Source of the DNA: an uncultured virus (IMG/VR IMGVR_UViG_3300010938_000025)
Lineage: Duplodnaviria > Heunggongvirae > Uroviricota > Caudoviricetes
Length of the DNA: 64,000 bases
Direction: 5' to 3' (one strand)
IMG/VR virus record: IMGVR_UViG_3300010938_000025
Shown piece by piece: positions 8,297-17,488 of the stretch (position 1 is the stretch's first letter; every line of letters begins with the position of its first letter). The translations under genes and the position numbers were made by a program. Under the pieces are notes generated by a model. That model was not told the DNA's origin. It saw only the letters and a list, made by a program, of their open reading frames with translations, and made no database searches.

Positions 8297-9548
8297 AGCC
8301 ACCCCCCCGGTGGTGGTGATCGGCCTGGATGAACTCGACCAGTTACGCCGCCAGGTGCGGCCTTACGCACGCCGTTCTCTGGCCGAGATTAAGGCCGAGC
8401 TTGAGTACTTCGAGCAGATTAAATCGACCGTGCTGAACCCGGAGCGGGATATTGTCTACCTGGGGCCTGACGGCCGGGCCGTACCGTACCTGATGGTCAG
8501 GCAGAACAAACTGAATGTGTCCGAACACATCCGGTTTAGCGGGTGGGTTATTCTGAGCCGCTTCTTCGGCATCAGTGTGAGTGTCGTCAGCCAGCCCACC
8601 CGCCTGGCAATTACTGACCCAGGTGGGTCTGAGACGTACATCTGGATGACCCACCTGCGCGGTACCGACCCGGATGGTCGGTTCGTCGAAATGTACGGTT
8701 ACGCCTGGTCGCGCGACCGGTTTCTGACCGGTGGCCAGAAACGTGAGGCGATTGAGCCGCACATCGCGGCCAAGTCGTATACGGTCGCCTTCGTGCGTCT
8801 GTGCCGTGCCATCCTGGGCGTGGCCGAGCCGGCCTGGGATGAACTGGAACAGTCCATCAGTCTGACCGATGACCTGCTGGCCAGCCTCCCGGACACGCTC
8901 AAGGCGCAGGTCCTGGATGCACTGCGATACGTCCGGCCCGAGACCCGGCCAGAGACCAAACCGGATGAGACCGGTACCGGTAAAAAAGATAACGGGGCCT
9001 CAGGTACTCCGGCCGTCTCCGGTCACACCGAGACACCCAGTCTATGCGAATTGCACCAACTGAGACTCGGCGCCGATACCGGCCTGGAGGGCCTGACCAT
9101 GGGTCAGGCCTGGCTTGAGAACAGGTCAGAACTGGCCGCCGCCCTGAACCGGACCCCACCACCGGCACAGGCGGCCGGGATTCAATATTACCTGAATGCC
9201 CGCAGCCGGCACGCCAGCCCGGCTCAGGTTCAAAGAATGATGACCGAACTGGTTGTGCCCAACCAGTTGCACGTGAGTACGGCTCTGGCCAAATACGTCC
9301 ACGAACTGCTGCGGCCGGAATTGACCCAGGAGCAAAAGAGCCAGCTGTATAAGGCCACGCCCAACGCCATCCTGGAGAAGCACCTCGACCTGGTGCAGGT
9401 GGCGATTGTCGCCAACCGCCTGCGCGCACAACTGGAAGCGAACCGGTCAAATCCGGACACGTCGGACACGGCCGTAAAATCTGATACGGCCGTATCAGAC
9501 ACACACGAGGACCCGTCCCATGCAACCGATAGCCTATTTAGCCAGTGA
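8256..9548 (+). CDS. Putative single-strand annealing/recombination protein (Rad52/ERF-like N-terminus)
   Basis: beta-beta-beta-alpha segment ending AAKSYTVAFVRLCRAILGV followed by a low-complexity linker; resemblance only. Confidence 0.5.
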   Translation: MSNPTDKVLNLPPEATPPVVVIGLDELDQLRRQVRPYARRSLAEIKAELEYFEQIKSTVLNPERDIVYLGPDGRAVPYLMVRQNKLNVSEHIRFSGWVILSRFFGISVSVVSQPTRLAITDPGGSETYIWMTHLRGTDPDGRFVEMYGYAWSRDRFLTGGQKREAIEPHIAAKSYTVAFVRLCRAILGVAEPAWDELEQSISLTDDLLASLPDTLKAQVLDALRYVRPETRPETKPDETGTGKKDNGASGTPAVSGHTETPSLCELHQLRLGADTGLEGLTMGQAWLENRSELAAALNRTPPPAQAAGIQYYLNARSRHASPAQVQRMMTELVVPNQLHVSTALAKYVHELLRPELTQEQKSQLYKATPNAILEKHLDLVQVAIVANRLRAQLEANRSNPDTSDTAVKSDTAVSDTHEDPSHATDSLFSQ

Positions 9549-9750
9549 TGACCCAGGCGACACGCTGTTCAGTACGGCCGAGTTCGAGCTGTATCGTCGC
9601 CTGTTAGACATGCTGGTCTATCCCGACGAGTGGGTACCACCACCACCGGTGACGGTGACCGAAGCCGCCGACGCCTTGATAGCGTTGGTCCTGGGTAACA
9701 TCACCCCGGCCGCACGGCGTGTGGCGGCCTGGGCCGGACTGGAGGTCTAG
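9520..9750 (+). CDS. Hypothetical protein
   Basis: ORF with GAGG RBS filling the gap in the operon. Confidence 0.55.
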   Translation: MQPIAYLASDDPGDTLFSTAEFELYRRLLDMLVYPDEWVPPPPVTVTEAADALIALVLGNITPAARRVAAWAGLEV

Positions 9751-9751
9751 G

Positions 9752-10549
9752 ATGGAACTATCACTCCGCGGCGAACCGGTGGTCATCCCCAGTCTGGATA
9801 CGCCCGACGGCCTGCGTGAGGCCGAGGAGATCGCCGCTCACTACATCTCGGCCGGCTACGATCTACTCCAGCGCGGCGCGCTGGTGCTCTATACCATTTA
9901 TCGGAGCGGCTGCTGGCAACGCCTGGGGTATAAGCGCTTCGATAGCTACCTCCTGGACTGGTATAAGCAGGTCGTCCAGTTGTACGGTCAGGAGACCGTA
10001 CCGGCGCTGAGTACGATCCGGCTGACCATGACCCACCTCAATCGTTTCGTGGGGTTGGGCCTTGCGCCCGAACAGGTGGTCGGTCAGAGCCCGGTCCTGC
10101 TCAGAGAAATGAGCGAAATGGCCGCCTGGCGTTACGGCGGTCAACTCAAGTGCCTTGACCCCAACGTGCGCAAAAACCTGTCCGACCTGGTCGGACAGGG
10201 CCTGGACGACGTGACGCTCTTTAAGCGTTTCGCCGAGTCGCTCTTTGAGCGTCCACGTCACGAGGCCATCCAGACGGTCCGACAGGTCCGCGCCGCCGCT
10301 CAAACGCTGATTCAGGTCAGTGCGTTCATGTTGCGGGTGCCTGAAGCGAACGGGTCCGGCCGGATCGTCACACGCTTCCTCTTCCGCCTGGAAGAATTCC
10401 CGGACGGGCGGGTCGATCAACGTGTGACGACCTGGTACGATCCAAATCGGCACGAGTTGCCGGGTGCGGTGGTGACTTACCTTGAGAACCTGGGCTTCCA
10501 GCTTCTACCGGAAGCCTACCATCCGGAACTCGATCTGGATGACGCCTGA
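9752..10549 (+). CDS. Hypothetical protein
   Basis: 265-aa ORF, GGAGG RBS. Confidence 0.7.
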   Translation: MELSLRGEPVVIPSLDTPDGLREAEEIAAHYISAGYDLLQRGALVLYTIYRSGCWQRLGYKRFDSYLLDWYKQVVQLYGQETVPALSTIRLTMTHLNRFVGLGLAPEQVVGQSPVLLREMSEMAAWRYGGQLKCLDPNVRKNLSDLVGQGLDDVTLFKRFAESLFERPRHEAIQTVRQVRAAAQTLIQVSAFMLRVPEANGSGRIVTRFLFRLEEFPDGRVDQRVTTWYDPNRHELPGAVVTYLENLGFQLLPEAYHPELDLDDA

Positions 10550-10556
10550 GTCCGGC

Positions 10557-10654
10557 CTCAGGCCGGCCTGACCGCCAGGCTGGTCACGCCGTGCGCAACA
10601 CGGTGCCGGAGGCCGACGGTTCGATTCCGTCGGTGGCGGTCAGGCCGGCCTGAG
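10557..10654 (+). ncRNA. tRNA-like structured element (not a canonical tRNA)
   Basis: 21-bp perfect terminal stem, internal hairpin, and T-arm CCGACGG-TTCGATT-CCGTCGG. Confidence 0.6.
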
Positions 10655-10690
10655 TTTGAAAGCCGAAAATATCACAGAAAGGAGAAATAG

Positions 10691-10894
10691 ATGTCTACGA
10701 CGGTCACCGTGCACGAGTTGCCCCGCTGTGACTTCTGTCACAGGACGGCGACGTTCGACGGACGTACACGTTATGGCGGTTGGGCTTACATGTGCCAGGA
10801 CCACTTCCGGCGGTTCGGGGTCGGCCTGGGCGTGGGTAAAGGTCAGAACCTGCTCCTGAGCCGCACCATCGTCAGACCGGATAAGAAGGCTTAA
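10691..10894 (+). CDS. Small Zn-finger-like protein
   Basis: CDFC...MCQDH; AAGGAG RBS. Confidence 0.7.
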   Translation: MSTTVTVHELPRCDFCHRTATFDGRTRYGGWAYMCQDHFRRFGVGLGVGKGQNLLLSRTIVRPDKKA

Positions 10895-10988
10895 CGGCCA
10901 GCGTGAGTTTGGAGAGTAGACTGGCCGAGGAAAGGCGGCCTGCCGGACCTGTTGCGATCCAGGCAGGTCCGGTAAACCCGGTGGCGCG

Positions 10989-11174
10989 ATGCATTGGCCA
11001 ATACAGACTCAATCGGCACTTGAACAGCTCTGGCGGCAGATGATTGAAGCTGCCGTCAGAGACGGCGACCTGGACTTTCTGCTGTCCAGGCGCTGCCAGG
11101 AGGCCTGCCGGAAGTTCGGCTGGGACCTGGCCGGGCTTATCCGGCAGGCCATCACCAAAAAGCCTGGGAGTTAG
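10989..11174 (+). CDS. Hypothetical protein
   Basis: Short ORF in a co-oriented gene run. Confidence 0.5.
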   Translation: MHWPIQTQSALEQLWRQMIEAAVRDGDLDFLLSRRCQEACRKFGWDLAGLIRQAITKKPGS

Positions 11175-11178
11175 AGCT

Positions 11179-11355
11179 ATGGCGTACATAGAACGCTATT
11201 CCACCAGGAACTGGGCGGTGTATGATCGGCACGGTAACCTGGTATGTGTCACGCTGTACAAAAAGGGGGCGGTGAAGGTGTTAGAGCTACTCAATGAACT
11301 TGAGACGCTCTCGACCTCACGCCTCAAGGAGGAACATCATGCGGCGCGTGCTTAA
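11179..11355 (+). CDS. Hypothetical protein
   Basis: GGAG RBS; MAYIERYSTRNWAVYD... Confidence 0.6.
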   Translation: MAYIERYSTRNWAVYDRHGNLVCVTLYKKGAVKVLELLNELETLSTSRLKEEHHAARA

Positions 11356-11617
11356 AGTGCTGGAGGTGCTGTCCATGCCGGCTATGACCGGCGAGCTCTT
11401 AAAGAGCACCTGTCACCTGCTGGCCGAAGGCGGACAGGTGGCGGCCTTTGGCTTCCCGCAAAACTGCGGGCGTAGCTTCGGCGCTTTTGAGAAAGTTCTA
11501 AAGCGCCACGGCATAGGCTACGTCACGGCCGGCGCATATGATGGGGCGGTCTGGTTTCGCGTGGCCAGACGCGACGCCGAGCGTGTCGCCCGGTTGTTGG
11601 CCGACTACCTGGGCTAG
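11339..11617 (+). CDS. Hypothetical protein
   Basis: AAGGAGG RBS. Confidence 0.65.
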   Translation: MRRVLKVLEVLSMPAMTGELLKSTCHLLAEGGQVAAFGFPQNCGRSFGAFEKVLKRHGIGYVTAGAYDGAVWFRVARRDAERVARLLADYLG

Positions 11618-11627
11618 AGGAGCACGT

Positions 11628-11999
11628 ATGCGAGCAAAGGTCGATATGGCTTTGACCGCGCTGCCGTTTGTGGTCTCTACGTTGCTCGTCCTGTTGGTGT
11701 CGATCATCTACGTGGATAGCCAGCACATCAGGCGGCTTAACGAACGCCTGAGCGTAGAGCCTGAGAGAGAGTACTACCGCGGGTTGTACGACGCCTGCGT
11801 CCTGTTGACGGTTGAACTGGTCGGGTTTGCGCCAGACCGGTCGATGCGGGTCTGCCTGACCGGGACGCAGGCCGCGCTTGAAAGCAACTGGTTCGGTCAG
11901 CCGAGTGAAGGTTGGGTCTGGCCGCCGTATTATAGAACAGGGAGAGACCATGCTGCCCAAAATGTCCGAATCAGACACACAGGTGACGTTGATAAATAA
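11628..11999 (+). CDS. Hypothetical membrane-anchored protein
   Basis: N-terminal hydrophobic helix; GAGGAG RBS. Confidence 0.6.
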   Translation: MRAKVDMALTALPFVVSTLLVLLVSIIYVDSQHIRRLNERLSVEPEREYYRGLYDACVLLTVELVGFAPDRSMRVCLTGTQAALESNWFGQPSEGWVWPPYYRTGRDHAAQNVRIRHTGDVDK

Positions 12000-12390
12000 A
12001 ACTAATACCGTCATCGTCAGCCGGCAGGGTGACTGGTGGTCAGACGGTCAAATCCTGTTATACGAAAGTCTCCCACCGGAGGTGCTGGACGATGCCCGGT
12101 ACGTCATTTATGAGAGCACCGACCAGCAGGAGCACGTCACAGAATACAGGATTAGCGCCGCGATTCGCCGCGTGCGCCATATAGAACTGCGGCCGGGCGC
12201 TATCGTCCGCCTGACGGATGGGCGTCAGGCGGCCGACATTTTGCTCGTGCACTACAACGCTGTGCGCAGCAGGTGGCCGGCGTCGTATGCAACGCTGAAT
12301 GCGACCGGGAAGTGTGTGGTATTCCGGTCCGATCACACGGACGAGACGCTGGCCATCGTGGCCGCAGTATCTCAGCCGTTTCTCAAATAA
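11950..12390 (+). CDS. Hypothetical protein
   Basis: GGAG RBS, 146 aa. Confidence 0.6.
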   Translation: MLPKMSESDTQVTLINKTNTVIVSRQGDWWSDGQILLYESLPPEVLDDARYVIYESTDQQEHVTEYRISAAIRRVRHIELRPGAIVRLTDGRQAADILLVHYNAVRSRWPASYATLNATGKCVVFRSDHTDETLAIVAAVSQPFLK

Positions 12391-12468
12391 GCGGCCGCGG
12401 TGCGGAGCCGCGGCGGTCAAGACAAAAAGACAAAGACAGGAGACAGACAGGAGGAGACAGGAGATAAA

Positions 12469-12705
12469 ATGTACACGGTCTGGGTCCAGAAATACTCGAA
12501 AACGCACCGGGACATGTATGTCTATTCCACCGCTCTAAAGAGATGGGTGCGGTTTGGTTGCAGTTTGCCCCCTGCCTACGATTGCCTGGGACCTTCCATC
12601 ATGGGCAGGGGGCAGCGTTGGCTGGGTTATAGCCGCCCGGCACGCGCTGATGAGTTCGAGGCTATCGAGAGCGCGCTACTGGCCGCCGAGAGGTCTGGCC
12701 GGTAG
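12469..12705 (+). CDS. Hypothetical protein
   Basis: AGGAG RBS within a purine-rich GACAGGAG-repeat leader. Confidence 0.6.
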   Translation: MYTVWVQKYSKTHRDMYVYSTALKRWVRFGCSLPPAYDCLGPSIMGRGQRWLGYSRPARADEFEAIESALLAAERSGR

Positions 12706-12864
12706 CGCAACCGACACCAATCCCAACGTGGCTGTGCCCACCTGCGCCTGCGGCCGGTACAGGGCACCATGCCGCCCCGGTACGAAGTGGCCAGTCATCA
12801 GCCTGCAGGCCGCGCGCTGCGGCGCGCGGTAATAGTAATATTTAATATCTGAGAGGAGGAAAAA

Positions 12865-13251
12865 ATGTATACCCGTGTACAGGTCCCCACAAACAAATTG
12901 AAAAACATACCCGCCCTGGAGCGCGAGCTGGGCGCGAAGGTCATCGATGCCGTTATTAACGGCGAGTCGGCCACGGTGAGCGTGTTACCGGTGGCCGACC
13001 TGAGCTGGTGTGTGGACGTCTGGAACTGCCGCGCCGATCTGGCGCTGGTGGGGAAGGACGGTGCACACACGTACATCGACGAGCAGTTTGAGGTCGATGC
13101 AGATCAACTGGAAGCCTTGATCGACCGTGTCGTGTACGATGACAACGGAGGCGCGCTGAACATCAGTGGCAAGTATTGGCCACGGTCGAAGGCCAGCCTC
13201 AGGGCGTTCGCCCGGTTGATGGCGAATGCCAGGCCAAAGAAGTCAGCCTGA
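12865..13251 (+). CDS. Hypothetical protein
   Basis: GAGGAGG RBS, 128 aa. Confidence 0.7.
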   Translation: MYTRVQVPTNKLKNIPALERELGAKVIDAVINGESATVSVLPVADLSWCVDVWNCRADLALVGKDGAHTYIDEQFEVDADQLEALIDRVVYDDNGGALNISGKYWPRSKASLRAFARLMANARPKKSA

Positions 13252-13264
13252 CGAGGAGGTCAAA

Positions 13265-13495
13265 ATGCCTGTCAAACCGACTATATCGGGGCTGCCGGCG
13301 TGTCCTGACTGCGGCCCGGCGGCCATTCTGGAAATCAGGCTCAACCGACAAACGGGCGAGCAGTTCCTGGGGTGTCCGAACTATCCCCAGTGCAGGTATA
13401 CGCGGCCTTATCCGACCGACCGGCAGTTGCACGATCTGGGCGCACCGACACTGCCCGGACTCGACGATCTCGACGCCGAGCCCGAAAGTACCTGA
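13265..13495 (+). CDS. Stand-alone topoisomerase IA C4 zinc-ribbon protein
   Basis: CPDCG...GEQFLGCPNYPQCRYT. Confidence 0.8.
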   Translation: MPVKPTISGLPACPDCGPAAILEIRLNRQTGEQFLGCPNYPQCRYTRPYPTDRQLHDLGAPTLPGLDDLDAEPEST

Positions 13496-13519
13496 GTGGT
13501 CGAGCAGGCCCGACAGGTG

Positions 13520-13864
13520 GGGACCGGTGGACGGCCTATAAAAACGGAGGTGCAGTAACATGAAGACATATGGCTGTCTTGACTGGTACAAAACTCTTGA
13601 ATGGCTGAAGCAACACCCTGATGCCGAGCCTGGGGGCGATGTGGACCTCTTCGATATTCCCCTGCCCCAGGGCTTCGATCCGGGGCGCGGCGCCTGGGAA
13701 GGCCGGCCTCACCACGAGGATTGGGGGACTGGCATTGAGTGGCGTACCCCCGCTGGCGTGAGTTTTGTCCTCCCGGTGCAGGGGGACCCTTACGTCAGAT
13801 TGCCTGATGGCACGATAGTAACACTGTAGCACATGGAAGTAGTTTCCGGGACCGGTGGACGGCC
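13520..13864. repeat. 17-bp direct repeats (13520-13536, 13848-13864) plus 14-bp inverted repeats (13514-13527, 13863-13876) flanking one gene
   Basis: GGGACCGGTGGACGGCC twice; CAGGTGGGGACCGG / CCGGTCCCCACCTG. Confidence 0.85.
13560..13829 (+). CDS. Hypothetical protein (cassette-like, between repeats)
   Basis: GGAGG RBS, 89 aa. Confidence 0.65.
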   Translation: MKTYGCLDWYKTLEWLKQHPDAEPGGDVDLFDIPLPQGFDPGRGAWEGRPHHEDWGTGIEWRTPAGVSFVLPVQGDPYVRLPDGTIVTL

Positions 13865-13897
13865 GGTCCCCACCTGGCCGCATTCTTCTGAAAACTG

Positions 13898-14749
13898 GTG
13901 TCTGGCGTGCGCAATACACCTCTCCCGCGCCCGTTCCTGAAATGGGCCGGCGGCAAGACACAACTGGCGGATGTCCTGTTGAGCCGGATGCCGGAGACGC
14001 TCAACACGTACTACGAACCTTTCGTCGGCAGCGGGGCGTTGTTCTTCCGTCTGTATCGAGCACGTACAATCAGGCGGGCGGTTCTTTCCGACATCAACGC
14101 CGAGCTGATAGATACCTATCTGGCGATTCGAGATCGGGTTGATGAGGTCTGGCAGGTGCTCTCCGGGTTTCCCTATCACGAACGCTTCTACTATCAGCTC
14201 CGGGCACAGGACCCCTGGTCGATGACTCTGGTCGAGCGCGCGGCGCGTATGCTTTACCTGAACAAGACGTGCTATAACGGTTTGTACCGTGTCAACCGGC
14301 ACGGGCAGTTCAACGTACCGTTCGGGCGATATAAGGCCCCCAAATATCTGGACAGGGACAATCTCGTGGCCGCAGCGCGTGCCCTGCAAAACGTCGAGGT
14401 CGTGTGCGCGCCGTTCGAGACGGTGCTGGCAAGAGCCGGGCCGGGTGACTGGGTGTATTGCGATCCACCTTACGTTCCGGTCTCACGGACGTCGAGCTTC
14501 ACGGCCTATCACGCCGCCGGGTTCGGCCTGCAAGACCAGGTCAGATTACGGGACGTCTGCCTGGAGCTGGCCGAAAAGGGCGTGTACGTTCTGGTGTCTA
14601 ATTCAGATACGGCCATCGTCCGTTCGTTGTATGCCGGGCCTCACTTCGTCATTGATGAGGTCTCGGCCAATCGGGCCATCAATTGCGACGGAGCAAAACG
14701 CGGCAGGATAACCGAGTTGCTCATCAGCAATAAGCGCAGTGAGGCGTAG
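13898..14749 (+). CDS. Dam-like (D12 class) DNA adenine methyltransferase
   Basis: [37 protein letters not shown]. Confidence 0.92.
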   Translation: MSGVRNTPLPRPFLKWAGGKTQLADVLLSRMPETLNTYYEPFVGSGALFFRLYRARTIRRAVLSDINAELIDTYLAIRDRVDEVWQVLSGFPYHERFYYQLRAQDPWSMTLVERAARMLYLNKTCYNGLYRVNRHGQFNVPFGRYKAPKYLDRDNLVAAARALQNVEVVCAPFETVLARAGPGDWVYCDPPYVPVSRTSSFTAYHAAGFGLQDQVRLRDVCLELAEKGVYVLVSNSDTAIVRSLYAGPHFVIDEVSANRAINCDGAKRGRITELLISNKRSEA

Positions 14750-14764
14750 GCCAGGAGGAATGAC

Positions 14765-15193
14765 GTGAGCAATATAGCCGTATTGTCCGACAACTATCAT
14801 GCCAGTGCCGGCCTGGCCAGGGAACTGAATCGGGCAGTCGTGGCCCTGAAAAAGCAGGTGTATGCCGGTGGAGAGGACATGCCTGCGGAGCAAATGGCCC
14901 ACCGGCGCTACCTGGTCGGCGTCCTGGACGCCTTGCTGGCCGAGATCGCCCCGGTGCCCAGGCCGCCTGGCCAGCAACCCAATCCACCTGTGCCGGCCTC
15001 CGTCATGTGGCGCATTCGCCAGGCCCACAGGCGGGCGCTGGCCCGCTACGCGGAAGAACTGGCGTCAACCAGGTACCGGCTTGTGCGAGGCGTCCAGGCC
15101 AACGAGAAAGATATAGAATTACTGGACGAACTGGCTGCGATTGCAAGCCTGGACGCAGCAGAAACCTTCCGCCGGATGTGCACGAGACGATGA
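14765..15193 (+). CDS. Hypothetical helical protein
   Basis: AGGAGG RBS, GTG start. Confidence 0.65.
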   Translation: MSNIAVLSDNYHASAGLARELNRAVVALKKQVYAGGEDMPAEQMAHRRYLVGVLDALLAEIAPVPRPPGQQPNPPVPASVMWRIRQAHRRALARYAEELASTRYRLVRGVQANEKDIELLDELAAIASLDAAETFRRMCTRR

Positions 15194-15214
15194 CTGAAAG
15201 GAGGACAACTGAAT

Positions 15215-15583
15215 ATGGAAACTATCACGGTTCGTATCGGCACAATCGTTGGAATGTCCAGCGGCCACACGCAGGACAGCACACGTGAAGTTGAGTTCGT
15301 GGGCGAAGAGCTGGGCCGTTACACCGAGTATGGCTACAGCGACAAGAGCGGAGCCCTGACCGACACCAGGGGCGTCACTCAGACGCTCTACCGAACCGCA
15401 GACGGCCGGCTGGTGGTGTACGTCGAGGACTGGTCGCGCTGGCAAGGCGAACCAAACCACTACAGTCTGTGCCAGGTGACCGAGGCCGACCTGGGAGTCG
15501 GCGGCCGCTTCGAGGCGTTGGGGCGCCGGGCAGGCTTTGGCCGGCCGTTGACGCTGGACGAGGCGCTCGCTAATTCAGATTAG
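15215..15583 (+). CDS. Hypothetical protein
   Basis: AAGGAGG RBS, 122 aa. Confidence 0.7.
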   Translation: METITVRIGTIVGMSSGHTQDSTREVEFVGEELGRYTEYGYSDKSGALTDTRGVTQTLYRTADGRLVVYVEDWSRWQGEPNHYSLCQVTEADLGVGGRFEALGRRAGFGRPLTLDEALANSD

Positions 15584-15759
15584 CGTCAAAGATGTATACC
15601 AGATATAAATCGAATAGCTAAGGGCGCGCGCCGGCACAGGGGGGTGAGGGCGCTCGCCGAAGGGCGGTGGCCGCTGCCTGCTCAACAGCGGCTACCGCGT
15701 TGTTGTTAAATCAGCCAGACTGAGACAGGAATTGACCTGACGGTTCTAGGAGGTTGCAC

Positions 15760-16143
15760 ATGGATGCCTTACAGACGCACCTGGAGCGGTCGAATCCCAG
15801 GGAGATCCAGGTGACTTTCGTGCGTAGGAGCAATAAATATTTTATCGAGCAGATAGGCTTTGAAAACGTCAACATCACTTTTAATCCACCGAATTATTAT
15901 TCTATCCTTGTCAAGGATGCCTGCAATGAATATGATCGTTACACCGTTCGTTACACCCTGGATTCCGACCTGGCGCAATACAGGTTGCGCAGGATGCGGG
16001 ATGAGGACAGGGTGTACATCCCATGTGTCACCGGTGATGTTGAAAAGCAGGTACCGATGTGTTTTTTCCCGGTATCCTGGGCAGGGCGGTGGGTTTTGCG
16101 AGAAGTCATCGCATATACCCGCCACACAGAAGGCTGGTCATGA
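15760..16143 (+). CDS. Hypothetical protein, paralog of 17123..17476
   Basis: AGGAGG RBS; shared Y.V.YTLD and P.C..P..W.G..V.REV motifs. Confidence 0.7.
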   Translation: MDALQTHLERSNPREIQVTFVRRSNKYFIEQIGFENVNITFNPPNYYSILVKDACNEYDRYTVRYTLDSDLAQYRLRRMRDEDRVYIPCVTGDVEKQVPMCFFPVSWAGRWVLREVIAYTRHTEGWS

Positions 16144-16322
16144 AGAATAGAACCGTTCCCGACTCTGTCATCGATGACGAGGTCCGGTCGGTTGCGGAGT
16201 TTCTGAGACAACAAACCAAAGTTAAGTTGCCGCCCTACCTGATCCCGGCCCTGGCCAGGCTGGTGGTTGAGTACGTCCGGCGGTGTCATAAACCAGAACG
16301 GGAGAAGTATCCAGGCACCTGA
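16140..16322 (+). CDS. Hypothetical protein
   Basis: ATGA-coupled short ORF. Confidence 0.55.
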   Translation: MKNRTVPDSVIDDEVRSVAEFLRQQTKVKLPPYLIPALARLVVEYVRRCHKPEREKYPGT

Positions 16323-16339
16323 ACAGGTGTTCAGTTTGT

Positions 16340-16879
16340 GTGCAAAACGGGCTCCAGATGTTAATGTTGGACTTATGCGCCGGCCTGGGAGGTGCCAGTG
16401 CCGCAATGCGTGATCGTGGTTGGAAAGTGATTACCCTGGACATTGATCCTCGTTTCTCTCCCGATGTCCTGGCTGATGTGCGGACGTGGCAGTGGCAGGG
16501 AGACAGGCCAGACTTGATATGGGCCTCACCACCCTGTACTGAGTTTGCCAGGGAGCACATGCCCTGGAGCCGGACCGGGAGAAAGCCGGACCTTTCGGTG
16601 GTTGAAGCCTGCTATCGAATCATCTCTGAAAGCCGGCCGAGGTTTTGGATCATCGAAAATGTAGTCGGGGCGCAAAGATTCTTAGGCCCTGCGGTTTCCC
16701 ACATAGGCCCATACTATTTTTGGGGCTTCTTTCCCGATCTGGGAAAGCCCAGACTTCACCTTCAAAGAAAAGAGAGCCTGAGCGGCAGGCAGACGGCTGA
16801 GCGTGCCAGAATTCCGTATGCTGTTTCCTGGCTGGTCGCGGTTGCAATTGAATCCCAACCTGAGCTTTTTGAAAGGTAA
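16340..16879 (+). CDS. Short C5 cytosine DNA methyltransferase-like protein
   Basis: LDLCAGLGG (I), WASPPCTEF (IV), IIENV (VI); only ~175 aa; start uncertain. Confidence 0.8.
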   Translation: MQNGLQMLMLDLCAGLGGASAAMRDRGWKVITLDIDPRFSPDVLADVRTWQWQGDRPDLIWASPPCTEFAREHMPWSRTGRKPDLSVVEACYRIISESRPRFWIIENVVGAQRFLGPAVSHIGPYYFWGFFPDLGKPRLHLQRKESLSGRQTAERARIPYAVSWLVAVAIESQPELFER

Positions 16880-16889
16880 TAGACCTGCA

Positions 16890-17117
16890 ATGATAGATCG
16901 ACAGATTCGCAAATGGCGGCGATTGATCGAATATGAGCAAAGCCGCATTGCCGGGTGGACCCAGACACTCCAGAACCCGAAGTCCGCGCGGCAGGCGGCC
17001 AATCTCCGAGCGCTCATACGCAGCTCCGAGCGTGCCATCCGGTACGCTCAGGAGCGGTTGCGGGGGCTTGAGGCCGAGCGTGCGAAGAGATTCGGCTCGC
17101 CCCCGAATAAAGATTAA
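16890..17117 (+). CDS. Hypothetical basic coiled-coil protein
   Basis: Short ORF in the gene run. Confidence 0.55.
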   Translation: MIDRQIRKWRRLIEYEQSRIAGWTQTLQNPKSARQAANLRALIRSSERAIRYAQERLRGLEAERAKRFGSPPNKD

Positions 17118-17122
17118 AGAAC

Positions 17123-17476
17123 ATGACAGGTAAAATTTCATTCATTGTTTTCCCGAATCCTTGGGATTCAAGCATTGTGTTTGCTGATGTCCATACCGGC
17201 ATTCCTTATCAAATTTCGGCGAGTTTGCTCAGGCAGTTCTTTGGGGAAGAGTATAACGTAGAATTGCCATATCAGGTAACTTACACGCTGGATACTAAAG
17301 GCGAATTTCTCGTCTACGTAGATGAATTGATGCACGTGCGGATTCGGCGGATTATTCCAAAGCATAAACAAACGTGTACATTACCGGTTTGTTTGTTGCC
17401 TGGAGACTGGATAGGGAAGAGAGTCCGACGCGAGGTGACTCGATGGTATGCCTGTGGTCACCGGGCGGACGATTAA
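17123..17476 (+). CDS. Hypothetical protein, paralog of 15760..16143
   Basis: Shared C-terminal motifs; AT-richer than the genome average. Confidence 0.7.
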   Translation: MTGKISFIVFPNPWDSSIVFADVHTGIPYQISASLLRQFFGEEYNVELPYQVTYTLDTKGEFLVYVDELMHVRIRRIIPKHKQTCTLPVCLLPGDWIGKRVRREVTRWYACGHRADD

Positions 17477-17488
17477 AAAGGAGGTCTT

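Noticed and set aside
10570..10642. Canonical tRNA-Cys (GCA)
   Set aside because: No D-stem, no U33 in a 7-nt loop, overlong T and acceptor stems and no CCA; kept only as tRNA-like.
12420..12465. GACAGGAG-type purine-rich repeats
   Set aside because: Short and degenerate; explained as duplicated RBS-containing leader sequence.
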